From positions 224,001 to 288,000 of the forward strand of contig CAVPCT010000004.1 in assembly GCA_963702475.1 (NCBI GenBank): 64,000 nt of DNA. Reading direction: 5' to 3'. Shown here piece by piece: positions 62,934 through 64,000 of this stretch. Origin of the DNA: an uncultured Thermoleophilia bacterium (GTDB lineage: Bacteria; Actinomycetota; Thermoleophilia; UBA2241). Numbering within the stretch: the stretch's first letter is position 1; the number at the start of each line of letters is the position of its first letter. The notes beneath the pieces were generated by a model. The model was not told the DNA's origin. It saw only the letters and a list, made by a program, of their open reading frames with translations, and searched no databases. A program made the translations under genes and the position numbers.

Positions 62934-63644
62934 TCAGAATTCGCGGAACTTGTAGCCGATGTTACGGACGGTGAAGATGAACTCGGGGTCCTTGGGGTCG
63001 CTCTCCAGCTTCTCGCGCAGGTGGCGGATGTGCACATCGACAGTGCGGGCGTCGCGGTAGTCGGAGTCGCCCCACACGAGCTGCAGCAGCAGTTGGCGGC
63101 TGTACACGCGGCCGGGGTGGGAGATGAGCGTCTTGAGGATCTCGAACTCTATGTAGGTGAGGTCGACCTTGGCGCCGCGCAGGATGACGTTGCGCTTGAG
63201 CAGGTCGACCTCGAGGTCCTCGAGGCGGATGACCTCTTTCTTGGACGCCTCGGCGCTGCGACTCATCTCGGCGCGCCGCAGCTGGGCGCGTACGCGGCTG
63301 CGGAACTCGCGCAGGCTGAACTTGTCTTTGGTGATGTAGTCATCGGCGCCGATCTCCAGGCCGAGCACCTTGTCGAACTCCTCCGACTTGGCCGTCAGCA
63401 TGATGATCGGCACGATGCTCTGGGCGCGGATGCGACGGCACACCTCCATGCCGTCCACGTGCGGGAGCATGAGGTCGAGGATCACCAGGTCGAAGCTCTC
63501 GCGGGCGAAGGTCTCGAGGGCCTCCTCTCCGTCGCGCGCGGTGACCACCTGGTAACCCTCCTTCTCCAGCGGGAAGCGCAGCAGCTTGAGGATCGCCTCC
63601 TCGTCGTCCACGAGCAGGATGCGCGCTCCTGTGTCCGCCATCAC
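62934..63644 (-). CDS. OmpR/PhoB-family response regulator
   Basis: 'ILLVDDE', 'ILDLMLP', 'GADDYITK', 'RTVDVHIRHLREKLE', 'TVRNIGYKF'. Confidence 0.95.
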   Translation of the reverse strand: MMADTGARILLVDDEEAILKLLRFPLEKEGYQVVTARDGEEALETFARESFDLVILDLMLPHVDGMEVCRRIRAQSIVPIIMLTAKSEEFDKVLGLEIGADDYITKDKFSLREFRSRVRAQLRRAEMSRSAEASKKEVIRLEDLEVDLLKRNVILRGAKVDLTYIEFEILKTLISHPGRVYSRQLLLQLVWGDSDYRDARTVDVHIRHLREKLESDPKDPEFIFTVRNIGYKFREF

Positions 63645-64000
63645 GTCTCCTCCTCCTCAATGCGTACGCGCCCGCGCGGCGAAGCCAGGCCGCGGGCGCG
63701 GAAGCCCGCCCCCAGAGCACGGGCGATCGCCTCGCACCCGGCCAGATCGGCGCCGGGGAAGTCGACGGCCGTCAGCGTTGTCTCGATGTCGTGTCGCACA
63801 CACTGTTCGGCGAACTGGATGACAGCCCTGTGCGCCTTGGCGAACATGGGCCGGCAGATCTCCTCGTAGGCGCGCGGGTCGGCGGCGTTGAGGCTCACCG
63901 TGACGGCGTTGAGGCCGGCCGCCGCCAGGCCCGCCGGCACGTCCACGTCAGGGTTGAGTAACGGGCCGTGCCCGTTGGTATCCAGACGGGTGCGGATACG
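63641..64000 (-). CDS. TatD-associated radical SAM protein (C-terminal part; truncated by window edge)
   Basis: 'RLDTNGHG', 'VSLNAAD...YEEICRP', 'LTAVD', 'GAGFRAR'. Confidence 0.75.
   Translation of the reverse strand, partial: RIRTRLDTNGHGPLLNPDVDVPAGLAAAGLNAVTVSLNAADPRAYEEICRPMFAKAHRAVIQFAEQCVRHDIETTLTAVDFPGADLAGCEAIARALGAGFRARGLASPRGRVRIEEEET

Overview
High-GC (~70%) bacterial chromosome segment spanning the replication origin. It is most consistent with a deep-branching, probably anaerobic actinobacterium (Thermoleophilia-like; inferred from gene content and style only). The core is a DnaA-box cluster followed by a GHKL-ATPase/wHTH gene, dnaA, dnaN, yaaA, recF, a phosphatase-family gene, dciA, gyrB and gyrA, with a parS site ~37 kb away. 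The flanks carry amine and amino-acid metabolism: two non-pyrrolysine MttB methyltransferases, ABC transporters, thiT-thiN under a TPP riboswitch, a glycine-riboswitch operon (aminotransferase, GcvT-SHMT fusion, methyltransferase, LysA-like decarboxylase), an amidase/amidinohydrolase/M20 cluster, a pyrogallol transhydroxylase-like Mo enzyme pair next to tRNA-Ala(CGC), lysine-fermentation genes (kamB, kamD, kamE, thiolase, kdd), HtrA and a two-component system. No CRISPR array, integrase or transposase was seen. The most notable observations are the glycine-riboswitch GcvT-SHMT operon, a TPP riboswitch with two extra hairpins in J4/5, an uncharacterised ATPase-HTH gene between the DnaA boxes and dnaA, apparent non-canonical starts for dnaA (ACG) and yaaA (CTG), and the transhydroxylase pair with a tandem operator. 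All assignments come from reading the sequence and recalled family motifs; no searches were run.
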